Shown here in pieces: positions 1-8,712 of a DNA stretch of 20,000 nucleotides; positions within the stretch are counted from its first letter, which is position 1, and each line of letters begins with the position of its first letter. Origin of the DNA: an uncultured virus (IMG/VR IMGVR_UViG_3300019371_000141) (Duplodnaviria > Heunggongvirae > Uroviricota > Caudoviricetes). The DNA is taken from the IMG/VR virus record IMGVR_UViG_3300019371_000141; one strand, written 5' to 3'. The position numbers were made by a program, and so were the translations under genes. The notes beneath the pieces are model-generated. The model had not been told where the DNA came from and searched no databases. It was given only the letters and a program-made list of their open reading frames with translations.

Positions 1-51
1 ATGAAAGGCACAAAGAGGAATATAGAGAGCGAGCCCGAAAAAAACGCATAG
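1..51 (+). CDS. Tail assembly chaperone (gpG-like), 3' end only
   Basis: Frame 1 reads ...MKGTKRNIESEPEKNA* (TAG 49-51). It lies upstream of the tape measure gene and ends in a slippery heptamer. Truncated by the window edge. Confidence 0.75.
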   Translation: MKGTKRNIESEPEKNA

Positions 52-90
52 GCGGGCAGGATACCTCTGACGAGGAGGTCTTTGCCCGTC
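39..90 (+). other. Programmed -1 ribosomal frameshift signal
   Basis: In-frame X_XXY_YYZ heptamer A_AAA_AAC at 39-45, a 5-nt spacer, then a hairpin: GGCGGGCAGG (51-60) pairs with TTTGCCCGTC (81-90), with an inner stem ACCTC (63-67)/GAGGT (75-79). Confidence 0.85.
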
Positions 91-254
91 TTATCTTTTA
101 CGGAGTCACACTTCTGAACCGGACGGAAGAGGAAGTGTGGCTTATGCCCCTGGGGCATCTATTAGACCAGTGGGAGATATATAAGCAGTTCAACGGACTG
201 GCAAAAGCGAAAAAAGAGCACTTTATTGATGAGGTCATTCCGTATGGGATATAA
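42..254 (+). CDS. Frameshift extension of the tail assembly chaperone (gpGT-like C-terminal part)
   Basis: The -1 frame is open for 70 codons: KRIGGQDTSDEEVFARLIFYGVTLLNRTEEEVWLMPLGHLLDQWEIYKQFNGLAKAKKEHFIDEVIPYGI* (TAA 252-254). Not in the ORF track. Confidence 0.8.
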   Translation, partial: KRIGGQDTSDEEVFARLIFYGVTLLNRTEEEVWLMPLGHLLDQWEIYKQFNGLAKAKKEHFIDEVIPYGI

Positions 255-291
255 AAAGAATTCCCGTTCTACAGTTTGTAAAACGGGAATT
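253..291 (-). terminator. Intrinsic terminator of the fic gene
   Basis: 15-bp inverted repeat AATTCCCGTTCTACA (259-273) / TGTAAAACGGGAATT (277-291). Its single mismatch is a G-U pair on the minus strand, where it is followed by CTTTTT. It starts just after the fic stop codon. Confidence 0.75.
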
Positions 292-296
292 TGTAA

Positions 297-1442
297 TTAA
301 GTGTCTTTTCGAAGAATCTCCAAATATGAAGTATAAGAATAAATCTTTGATTTTCCGACTTTTGATGTTTGTGACAGTATTCCTTTGTCGCAGAAAAGGT
401 CCACATACTTGGCTGTAGTGTTATAGGAGAAGCCCAATGCATCAGAAGTCTTTTTGACATCGATAATGGGATTCTTTTCAAGGTATGTGAGAAGGCTCTT
501 CAGGTTGTTTTTTATTCGAGAGGATTCAGCATCAATCAGATCAATGTTTTTAGTGTGTAAAGCAGTCAGCTTATCGATGGTGTCTATTGCATCTTCGGCT
601 GTTTCCGCAATTGCTCGTAGGAAGAACAGAATCCACTGTTCATAATTTCCGCTTTTTCTGACTTCTGTCATTCTGTCATAATATTCAATACGATTAGATT
701 TCAGATAGCAGGAAATATAAAGCGATGGGGTAGAAAGAATATGTGTCTCCATCAGGAAAAGAGTGATAAGGAGACGACCAACTCTGCCATTTCCATCGAG
801 GAAGGGATGAATGGTCTCAAATTGATAATGAATAAGGGCAGCCTTGATAAGCGGATCGAGGGAATCTTCAGCATTAAGGTATTTTTCAAGATCAGACATC
901 GCATCTTTCATATCTTGCGGATTAGGTGGAATATATCTTGCATTCTTCAGTGTGCTGCCTTGCCCACCTATCCAGTTTTGGGAATAACGGAATTCACCGG
1001 GAGTCTTTTCACTGCCGCGAACCCCTGAAAGCAGAACTGAATGCGTTTCTTTAATCAGTCTGTTGCACAGGGGAAGCGTGTTTAATCGGTTTACAGCATA
1101 CTCCGCAGCCTTAATGTAGTTAACTACATCTGATACATCACCATTTATATTGGTTTCGATATTCGGATCAAGAACATCGTCAAGCGTACATTGTGTGCCC
1201 TCAATCTGTGAAGAAACCAGTGCTTCCTTGCGGACATACATTGCTACGAACAGATCCATATTCGGAATTCGGGATGATAGACCATCTAAAAGAGCAACTT
1301 TTCGATTGGCTTCAATCAAAAGAGATGTTGCTTCATTGTCGAGTTCGACAGGTGGAGAAGGCGGCAGTGGAGCAGGACGGAATGAACGATATTCGGCATC
1401 CCCTGAAAGATTAGTAACAAAAGAACCAGAACGGTTTTGCAT
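297..1442 (-). CDS. fic: Fic family protein (class II-like adenylyltransferase with probable C-terminal HTH), 381 aa
   Basis: Canonical Fic motif HPFLDGNGRVGR and N-terminal autoinhibitory (S/T)xxxE(G/N) motif SSQIEG. HTH-like C-terminus (IDVKKTSDALGFSYNTTAKYVDLFCDKGIL). Start moved to ATG 1442 because GAGGTG lies 6 nt upstream. Confidence 0.93.
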   Translation of the reverse strand: MQNRSGSFVTNLSGDAEYRSFRPAPLPPSPPVELDNEATSLLIEANRKVALLDGLSSRIPNMDLFVAMYVRKEALVSSQIEGTQCTLDDVLDPNIETNINGDVSDVVNYIKAAEYAVNRLNTLPLCNRLIKETHSVLLSGVRGSEKTPGEFRYSQNWIGGQGSTLKNARYIPPNPQDMKDAMSDLEKYLNAEDSLDPLIKAALIHYQFETIHPFLDGNGRVGRLLITLFLMETHILSTPSLYISCYLKSNRIEYYDRMTEVRKSGNYEQWILFFLRAIAETAEDAIDTIDKLTALHTKNIDLIDAESSRIKNNLKSLLTYLEKNPIIDVKKTSDALGFSYNTTAKYVDLFCDKGILSQTSKVGKSKIYSYTSYLEILRKDT

Positions 1443-1459
1443 ATCAATCACCTCTGAAG

Positions 1460-1589
1460 TTGAGTTTTCTGTTTCTATTATACCACGGCAAACTCAAAAT
1501 ATCAAGCGAACATGAAAAAATACGGATAGAAAACTCAAAAACAAGGCAGAAAATGAAATTGTATTAGATGTTATCAACGAAAAACTCAA
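1460..1589. repeat. Four copies of an AAACTCAA motif (putative operator)
   Basis: TTGAGTTTTCT 1460-1470 (inverted), AAACTCAA 1490-1497, AGAAAACTCAA 1528-1538, AAAACTCAA 1581-1589. Confidence 0.7.
1477..1505 (-). promoter_or_regulatory. Sigma-A/70 promoter of fic
   Basis: Minus strand: TTGATA (1505-1500), 17 bp, TATAAT (1482-1477), with an extended -10 TGn. Confidence 0.85.
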
Positions 1590-1612
1590 GTTTGAAAGAA
1601 AGGAGGCAGCTT

Positions 1613-4600
1613 ATGGCAGATAATTTCGGCCTGAAAATCGGAGTAGAGGGCGAGAAGGAATTCAAGAAAGCACTGTCGGAGATCAACGGCACGATGAAAG
1701 TGCTGGGCTCGGAGATGAAGCTTGTTGAATCATCCTTTGATAAGCAGGATAAATCCGTTCAGGCGCTTACGTCAAGAAACGAAGTGCTGAATAAAAACAT
1801 CGAAGCACAGAAGCAGAAAATCGAAACACTGAGATCAGCCCTTGAAAATGCCTCCACATCTTTCGGAGAAAATGATAAGCGAACACAGGCGTGGCAGATA
1901 CAGCTCAATAACGCAGAAGCCGCATTAAACGGCATGGAGCGGGAACTGAAGGATAATAACGATGCCCTGGATAAAGCTGCAGACGGCTTTGATGATGCCG
2001 AAAAAGAAGCCGACAAGTTCGGCAAGGAGGTCAAGGAAAGCGGTGAGCAGACAAGCTCCGCCAGCGAGAAGTTTAAAGCCGCTGGTGAAGTCTTAAAGAA
2101 GGTCGGTGAAGCCATGGCAGCCGCTGTGGCAACCATAGGAGCCGCCGCAGTCGCTACAGGCAAAAAGCTCTATGATATGGCAACGGAGACGGCAAATATC
2201 GGTGACGAGATAGACAAGACCTCACAGAAACTCGGTATGTCTGCCGAGGCCTACCAGGAGTGGGATTATGTCCTCGGCCAGTCGGGTGTGGAAATAACCT
2301 CCATGACCACAGGCTTAAAGACCCTTACCAATCAGATAGACGATGCCAAAAACGGAAGTGATAAAGCGGCAGAACGCTTTGCAAAGCTCGGTATCTCCAT
2401 GGATGATCTTAACTCCATGTCAAGAGAGGACATCTTCGCAAAAGTCATCGAGGGTATGCAGGGCATGGCGGATTCCACAGACCGTGCGGCACTCGCCAAC
2501 GACCTCTTCGGTAAAAGCGGTCAGAACCTTACTCCGCTGTTTAATGAAACAGCAGAATCAACCGCAGCCTTAAAGCAACAGGCGCACGACCTCGGCATGA
2601 TCATGAGCGATGAGGCTGTGTCTGCATCGGCTGATTTTAACGACTCCCTCGATACTCTTCAGCGTACATTCACAGGCGTTAAGAACAATATCATGGGAGA
2701 ACTACTTCCGGGATTTACAGAGATAATGACCGGGCTTTCGGAGCTCCTTGTAGGCGGCGAAGGCGCTAAAGAAAAGATACAGGCAGGCGCACAGCAGCTT
2801 GTGGATAAGCTTGCAGAAGTTTTTCCGAGGATAGCCGATGTGCTTATCACTCTGGTGGCATCCGTAGCTGAAATAGCACCGGGTATCATAGATGCACTTG
2901 TGCAGGGCGTGGTCAACAACCTGCCGCAGATAGTCAGTGCCGCAGGAAAAATAATCGTGACATTCTTAAACAGCCTTGTAAGCTCTCTTCCCCAGATAGC
3001 ACAGGGGGCGCTTGAGCTTGTCATGACCCTTGTAAATGCGATACTTGAAAATCTGCCGATGATACTGGAAACGGCTATTCAGGTGATTGTAACGATTGCG
3101 ACAGGAATAGCGGATGCGCTTCCGACACTGATACCGACTGTGGTTTCGGTCATCATGCAGATCGTGACCACGCTTATCGATAATCTGCCGAGTATCCTTG
3201 ATGCGGCTTTGCAGATAATCATGGGACTGGCACAGGGTATCCTTGATGCCATACCTGTGCTTATTGAAGCCCTGCCGGAAGTAATAAACAGCATAATCAA
3301 CTTCATTATCGAAGCGATCCCGATGATAATCGAAACGGGCATACAGCTTCTGACCTCACTGGTGGAAGCTTTGCCGACAATAATCGAAACCATCGTGGCG
3401 GCACTGCCTGAGATAATAAACAACATTGTGGAAGGGCTGCTTTCAAATATCCCGCTTATCATCGAAACAGGCATCACGCTTTTGGTATCCCTCATTGAGG
3501 CACTGCCGGATATTATCGTGACACTGCTTGAAGCGGTACCGCAGATAATCGAGAGTATTATCAACGCATTACTGGACAACATACCTCTCATAATCGAAAC
3601 AGGAATACAGCTTCTGACTTCGCTTATCGAAGCACTCCCGGATATCATTGTTGCGGTGGTTGCCGCGATACCGCAGATCATAGACGGGCTGGTCACTGCT
3701 ATACTCGGCTCTATCCCTCAGATAGTTCAGGCAGGAATACAGCTTCTCGTTTCCCTCATTCAGAATCTGCCACAGATAATAACCACTGTGGTTGGAGCAA
3801 TACCTCAGATAATAAACGGTCTGGTGACAGCTCTTACCCAGAGCATACCGCAGATAATACAGTCGGGTGTTCAGCTCTTTATGTCGCTTATTAAAAACCT
3901 GCCGTCCATCATCATGGATCTTGTGAAAGCCGTACCTCAGATAATCACGGGACTCGTCAATGCCCTTGCCAAGGGCGTGGCGGAGTTTGCCAATATCGGT
4001 AAGATGCTGGTGGAAGGTCTGTGGAACGGTATCAGTTCTCTTGCCTCATGGATATGGGACAAGGTATCGAGCTGGGCGAGCAGTATCTGGGACGGCATCT
4101 GCAGCTTCTTCGGCATCAACTCGCCATCAAGGAAGTTCGCTGAACTCGGTAAATATATGTCTATGGGTCTCGGCATCGGTTTTGTTGATGAGATGAAGGA
4201 TACCGACAAGGATATCATGGAGGCACTGCCTTCGGACTTCGATATCGATACGACTACACATGTGGATAATACTGTTGAGGGTGTCGGTGATGATGCTTTT
4301 GAAGAAGCATATAAGGACCGTGCGGTCGAAACCAATGTCAGAATAAATGCTGTTGCAGACGGTTTCAAGGATATATCCGATGAGATCACGGGGGCAGTTC
4401 CGGCTAAAGTCGATGTTCCGACTGTGGTTTATCTGAACACCGTTGTGGAGGGACTGGAGAATATCGGTGAAAAGATCACCGGGGAAATACCTTTAGACGT
4501 TGATGCTGAAACCGATGTGCATATAAGCACGGTGGCCGAGGGGCTTTCGGATATAGAAAAAGAGATCAAGGGAGAAATCCCGGATGATATTTCTGTTCCT

Positions 4601-4984
4601 GAAAAGGTCGATATAACCACTGCAGCAGAGAGCGTTTCAGGGATTGAAAATGAACTCACTGCATCAGTTCCGACAGACCTCTATACTACCGCAAAGATAC
4701 ACATAAAAGCTGTAATCGAGGGGCTTAAGGATATCGAGAGAACCATACTTGATGCGATACCTGCGGAGTTTGATATAAATGCCAGAACGCATCTTAAAGC
4801 AGTAGTGGAGGATATGACTCCGCAGGCAAGAATAATAAACGGCGGAAATAATAATCAGCCTGGTTCTGGACAGATACTCGTTCAGATACCTGTGTACCTT
4901 GACGGCAAGGAGATAACCGAATCTACAGGAATCATACAGACAGGCAGAAATCAGACCTACAAAAGAGCACTGGGGGTGACGTGA
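1613..4984 (+). CDS. Phage tail tape measure protein, 1123 aa
   Basis: RBS AGGAGG 1601-1606, ATG 1613. Typical N-terminus MADNFGLKIGVEGEKEFKK, coiled coil, long amphipathic repeat region, Trp-rich segment, FFGINSPSR motif and C-terminal IPVYLDGKEI. Position follows the tail chaperones. Confidence 0.95.
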   Translation: MADNFGLKIGVEGEKEFKKALSEINGTMKVLGSEMKLVESSFDKQDKSVQALTSRNEVLNKNIEAQKQKIETLRSALENASTSFGENDKRTQAWQIQLNNAEAALNGMERELKDNNDALDKAADGFDDAEKEADKFGKEVKESGEQTSSASEKFKAAGEVLKKVGEAMAAAVATIGAAAVATGKKLYDMATETANIGDEIDKTSQKLGMSAEAYQEWDYVLGQSGVEITSMTTGLKTLTNQIDDAKNGSDKAAERFAKLGISMDDLNSMSREDIFAKVIEGMQGMADSTDRAALANDLFGKSGQNLTPLFNETAESTAALKQQAHDLGMIMSDEAVSASADFNDSLDTLQRTFTGVKNNIMGELLPGFTEIMTGLSELLVGGEGAKEKIQAGAQQLVDKLAEVFPRIADVLITLVASVAEIAPGIIDALVQGVVNNLPQIVSAAGKIIVTFLNSLVSSLPQIAQGALELVMTLVNAILENLPMILETAIQVIVTIATGIADALPTLIPTVVSVIMQIVTTLIDNLPSILDAALQIIMGLAQGILDAIPVLIEALPEVINSIINFIIEAIPMIIETGIQLLTSLVEALPTIIETIVAALPEIINNIVEGLLSNIPLIIETGITLLVSLIEALPDIIVTLLEAVPQIIESIINALLDNIPLIIETGIQLLTSLIEALPDIIVAVVAAIPQIIDGLVTAILGSIPQIVQAGIQLLVSLIQNLPQIITTVVGAIPQIINGLVTALTQSIPQIIQSGVQLFMSLIKNLPSIIMDLVKAVPQIITGLVNALAKGVAEFANIGKMLVEGLWNGISSLASWIWDKVSSWASSIWDGICSFFGINSPSRKFAELGKYMSMGLGIGFVDEMKDTDKDIMEALPSDFDIDTTTHVDNTVEGVGDDAFEEAYKDRAVETNVRINAVADGFKDISDEITGAVPAKVDVPTVVYLNTVVEGLENIGEKITGEIPLDVDAETDVHISTVAEGLSDIEKEIKGEIPDDISVPEKVDITTAAESVSGIENELTASVPTDLYTTAKIHIKAVIEGLKDIERTILDAIPAEFDINARTHLKAVVEDMTPQARIINGGNNNQPGSGQILVQIPVYLDGKEITESTGIIQTGRNQTYKRALGVT
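2810..3990 (+). repeat. Amphipathic 11/22-residue-type repeats of the tape measure protein
   Basis: Recurring units such as (N/A)IPLIIETGIQLLTSLIEALPDII and (L/I)PQII. DNA-level similarity is visible, e.g. ATAATCGAAAC(G/A)GG(C/A)ATACAGCTTCTGAC near 3326 and 3590. Boundaries approximate. Confidence 0.85.
4178..4816 (+). repeat. About seven degenerate ~30-aa acidic tandem repeats in the tape measure C-terminal region
   Basis: ADGFKDISDEITGAVPAKVDVPTVVYLNTV / VEGLENIGEKITGEIPLDVDAETDVHISTV / AEGLSDIEKEIKGEIPDDISVPEKVDITTA / AESVSGIENELTASVPTDLYTTAKIHIKAV / IEGLKDIERTILDAIPAEFDINARTHLKAV, plus two looser copies upstream. Confidence 0.85.
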
Positions 4985-4985
4985 T

Positions 4986-6434
4986 ATGAGCATTATTATC
5001 CGAAGAAAAACAGACACCGCAAGGATAGCCACGCTCACCTCGGTGCTTTCATGTTCGGTGACAGAGAAACTGACAACCGAAAAAACACTGTCATTTGAAA
5101 CAGTCATCGATTCTTCCATGGAACGCATAAATGATACCGATGCATATATCGCAGAATTCGAGGAGGATTACTACGATGTGGTAAAGGTCAAAAAAGCACT
5201 CACAGGCGGTCTGTATAAGATAACCCTTGACTGTGAGCACGTTTCCTATCGGTTATCCAACTCCAGTAACATCATAAACGAAGTGACTGCCACAGGAAAT
5301 CCTCGTCAGATAATGACAGTCCTTCTTGCCGGCACGGAGTTCCATGTGGGCGATATCGAATCAAACGAGCCTGCGACTTTCTCTGTTACAAGCGAAACTA
5401 CCCGCCGTGCGGCTGTTTTATCCTTTGCTGCCAGCATGGGGCTTGATGTTGATTTCAGGGACTATTTTGTGCATCTGTATCAGCACAGAGGGAGCACAAC
5501 GGTAAAAGAACTGGTGGACAGAAATGTGGTATCCATATCGAAAACAACGGATAAGGCCAAAAGCAGCAGGAGCTATTCCTGCACCATAAGAAAGCCTGAT
5601 AATCTAACCCTTGGTGACGAGGTGCATTTCGCATTTGACAAGCTCGGCATAAATGAAAATGTCAGAGTGATAGGTATCACCAGGCAGCCGTTTACCTCCA
5701 AGGATATATCACTGGAGGTCGATAATTATACACCGACCATCGAGTCACAGTTCGCAAGAATAGAGACAAGCATGGTGGCTAAGGGGAAGAATTACTACGG
5801 GGTGAAGATATCCGGTGAGGACGGACTTTCCATAACGAGAGCCGATGGATCAGCAAGAGTGAAAATGAACGCCGACGAGTTCTCCATGCAGGCGGCGGAC
5901 AGTCAAGGTCGCTTGCAGGATAAGATTTTCTTTGACCCTGTATCCGGGGACTACAAGTTCATCGGAAATGTCAATATAAACGGCGGCGAGATAAATATCT
6001 GTAACAACTTCCGTGTGGATCAGAACGGCAATGCTTACTTAGCGGGAGACGCCACCATTTACGGCGGCAAGTACTATGCCGGCAGTCCTTCCGATATGGA
6101 GGGCTTTTCGCAGATGACCGCTGACGGCTTTGTGGTATATAACGCACAGACGGATGTCAAGCTGCGATTCGGATACACCTCCAACGGAGAGGATTTCCCG
6201 TTTGTGCAGCTCGGCTCCGGCTCGGGACAGAACACCGACTACGGTCTTATAAAGAAGTTCTCCGATGGTCTGTGGATCGGAAATTCCGACCCTGCGGATG
6301 CAAGCGGAGAGTTCAAGGCGAAAGCCGGATATAACGGTATGTTCTTTAAGTTTGCGGATAATACCGCCTATGTCGTACACAACACAGTGATGAAAAATAT
6401 CTATACGGGTGCAGCCATAGCGAAGTTCGGATAA
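4986..6434 (+). CDS. Tail tip hub/spike protein (Tal-like, prophage tail protein), 482 aa
   Basis: Directly follows the tape measure gene. The N-terminal region (TEKL...LSF...CEHVSYRL...LLAGTEFHVG) resembles prophage tail hub proteins, and the Gly/Asn-rich beta-strand C-terminal half suggests a spike. Confidence 0.75.
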   Translation: MSIIIRRKTDTARIATLTSVLSCSVTEKLTTEKTLSFETVIDSSMERINDTDAYIAEFEEDYYDVVKVKKALTGGLYKITLDCEHVSYRLSNSSNIINEVTATGNPRQIMTVLLAGTEFHVGDIESNEPATFSVTSETTRRAAVLSFAASMGLDVDFRDYFVHLYQHRGSTTVKELVDRNVVSISKTTDKAKSSRSYSCTIRKPDNLTLGDEVHFAFDKLGINENVRVIGITRQPFTSKDISLEVDNYTPTIESQFARIETSMVAKGKNYYGVKISGEDGLSITRADGSARVKMNADEFSMQAADSQGRLQDKIFFDPVSGDYKFIGNVNINGGEINICNNFRVDQNGNAYLAGDATIYGGKYYAGSPSDMEGFSQMTADGFVVYNAQTDVKLRFGYTSNGEDFPFVQLGSGSGQNTDYGLIKKFSDGLWIGNSDPADASGEFKAKAGYNGMFFKFADNTAYVVHNTVMKNIYTGAAIAKFG

Positions 6435-6441
6435 GGGGGTG

Positions 6442-8712
6442 ATGTCTTTGGCAATAACCCCATGGAGCTGGACAGCCTCAAACGGCACAGCAACTGCTAT
6501 AGAAACAGCCAGAGCATACAATGCACTGGTGGGAAAGTGGAACACCAGCAACTTTTCCTACAAGGTCTGGAACGATCTTATTGCAAAGATAAATACAGTG
6601 AACACTGCTCTCGGCAGATCGTGGAAAACTGACTTTGCAACATTTGCCGATACCAGGGCGGCAGGAAGCTATACCGAACTGACCGCAGCGAGGTTTAACT
6701 CGGCAAGGCTGAATACAAACTACCCCTCATGGCGCTGGAATTATGATGAGGAATATGAAGGATATATCGGAAGAACCGATGTAAGAGGCATCGGGCAGTA
6801 CGGAGAAAGCGGTGCCGATACCGTCTTCGGCGTGTATATCTTAGAGCTTGTGGCGAGGCTTAATACTGTCATAGGTATCATAAACGGAACGCAGGACACT
6901 GTCGAAATGGACGAGAGTGTACCTGTTATTTTATTGCCCGAAACCGAAATAACAAAGCTTCATTCCGAGCCTTTTGATGCGTTACGGCAGAGAATGCGGC
7001 TACGTGCCACGCCGACACTGACCTCTGAAAATCTGCCGACACTGACGCTTCATTATCGTATACCGACTGCTTTGTTTCGTGCGATACTCGAACTGGAAAG
7101 TATCGCATCAAAGCTCGAAGGAAGTCTGCGCCAGAGCCTTATAGCAAGATGCACTCTTGCAGGAACGCTCCCGGTCGCTCTGTCCCAGTCGATAAGTGCG
7201 GGAGAAATTGCGACCGCTCATTTGAGGGCATTGCCTGTGGGAGTTTTCACGGCAAGGGGAGCACAGGAGATAAACGAGTATGCAAGGCTGCACAGATTTG
7301 GAAGTATAGCATTAAATGCTATAAATGCGGTTCAAACATACATTTCAGGCAAGGGAGTGGTGCTTAAAACCACAAGTATCGGCTGGCATCATGTGAGAAT
7401 TATCATGGAGCCGGACAGCACTCTTGTGCAGGAAAGGAAGCAGGCGGCAGAGGGATATATCACCGGAACAGTATCCGGGGATGCACGTTTTATCCGCCTG
7501 CCGTCAGCACCGCTTTTATTCTCAAATAACATCGGATATCTGCATGGCAATGCAGTATTAACTCCCGGCAGTGCTTTTGGCATAACACTTCACCATGATG
7601 TATCTACGGTGCAGCATAGAGCACAGGTCAATCTTGTAACGCTTATGGAAAGCATGAAGGTGGATATGCTGATGAGCCCGCTTGGAAGCAGAGCGGTTCT
7701 TGAAAGAGAGCACGTTTCCACGATGCTTGAAGCCCTTTTATCCTCCGCAGTTCTTATCGGTGCTGACGCTGAAATAATGATAACAGGTGCGATGGAAAAT
7801 CATATCGAAATACTGCTTGATATGCCAGTTACGCTTTCGGGCGGAGACAGTATTCCTTTCAGCTGGCACGTACCGGTTCTTCTTGACAGCACCGCTGTTG
7901 TTCATGCCCCGCAGGCGGCAAGGGCGCAGTACCGGGAGAGGATAAAGTTGTCTGCATCGGCAAAAGCAAATGTGCCTGCCGCGGCATCAGCAGAGGTGCT
8001 GAGCCAGAATGTGCTTGATATATCGGGAACGATCACCCGTGACAGCAGACCTGTGAGATTTTCTGCTCACGGCAGGAACGGTCATAATATAATCGGCGAG
8101 CTTTTCGCTGCTCGTTCCGGCTCAGTTGAAGCGGGTGACTATATTCCAGAACCGCAGATAACTGCAAACCTTGATAAATATGGTCTTGCCCCTGTGAGCG
8201 TAAATAATAATTCTTCTCATAACGCAGAAGCGGAGCTGGCAACAACATCGGATATTACCCCGATAAATACTGAGCTTGCTATGACCTTAACAGAAGAAAG
8301 CGAGATCGGCTACGTCATGTATGCTGATATGAATGCTTCCAATGCAGGTGTTCTCATTCTCTCAGCCGACATCGAAACCAAGGGCGCAGGCTGGCAGTAC
8401 CCTGTTATTGTGGATACCGATGCTGCCATCTTTCAGGTATGGCTTACGGAGCAGTGCAGAAATCATTTATACCTTGATCCTTACGAGGCGGTTCACCATG
8501 CGGAGATAACAAACACCGTTTCGGCAGGTCTTTCCTTTGTAATCCGTGCAGGAATGGAAAGAGAGGTCGACTGTCGTGTGGGCATCACAGGTCAGATAAA
8601 TACAGTTCGCCGTACCGACTGGGAATACCCGGTCAAAACAGATAACGATCTATATATTCCACAGGCTCTTTATACAAGACCTGCGGGACAGTACAAATTG
8701 GAGGTGCTTTAA
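6442..8712 (+). CDS. Putative tail fibre/scaffold protein with ~22-aa periodic region, ~756 aa
   Basis: Long ORF in the tail module. It has an aromatic N-terminal ~150-aa domain, a long degenerate periodic middle, and two C-terminal W(Q/E)YPV motifs. Start uncertain (GTG 6439, ATG 6442 or TTG 6448 after AAGGGGGTG). Confidence 0.6.
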   Translation: MSLAITPWSWTASNGTATAIETARAYNALVGKWNTSNFSYKVWNDLIAKINTVNTALGRSWKTDFATFADTRAAGSYTELTAARFNSARLNTNYPSWRWNYDEEYEGYIGRTDVRGIGQYGESGADTVFGVYILELVARLNTVIGIINGTQDTVEMDESVPVILLPETEITKLHSEPFDALRQRMRLRATPTLTSENLPTLTLHYRIPTALFRAILELESIASKLEGSLRQSLIARCTLAGTLPVALSQSISAGEIATAHLRALPVGVFTARGAQEINEYARLHRFGSIALNAINAVQTYISGKGVVLKTTSIGWHHVRIIMEPDSTLVQERKQAAEGYITGTVSGDARFIRLPSAPLLFSNNIGYLHGNAVLTPGSAFGITLHHDVSTVQHRAQVNLVTLMESMKVDMLMSPLGSRAVLEREHVSTMLEALLSSAVLIGADAEIMITGAMENHIEILLDMPVTLSGGDSIPFSWHVPVLLDSTAVVHAPQAARAQYRERIKLSASAKANVPAAASAEVLSQNVLDISGTITRDSRPVRFSAHGRNGHNIIGELFAARSGSVEAGDYIPEPQITANLDKYGLAPVSVNNNSSHNAEAELATTSDITPINTELAMTLTEESEIGYVMYADMNASNAGVLILSADIETKGAGWQYPVIVDTDAAIFQVWLTEQCRNHLYLDPYEAVHHAEITNTVSAGLSFVIRAGMEREVDCRVGITGQINTVRRTDWEYPVKTDNDLYIPQALYTRPAGQYKLEVL

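Noticed and set aside
1759..5128. Several 76-205 aa minus-strand ORFs within the tape measure gene
   Set aside because: Antisense shadows of a repetitive coding sequence; low-complexity Ser/Ile/Ala translations with no recognisable motifs.
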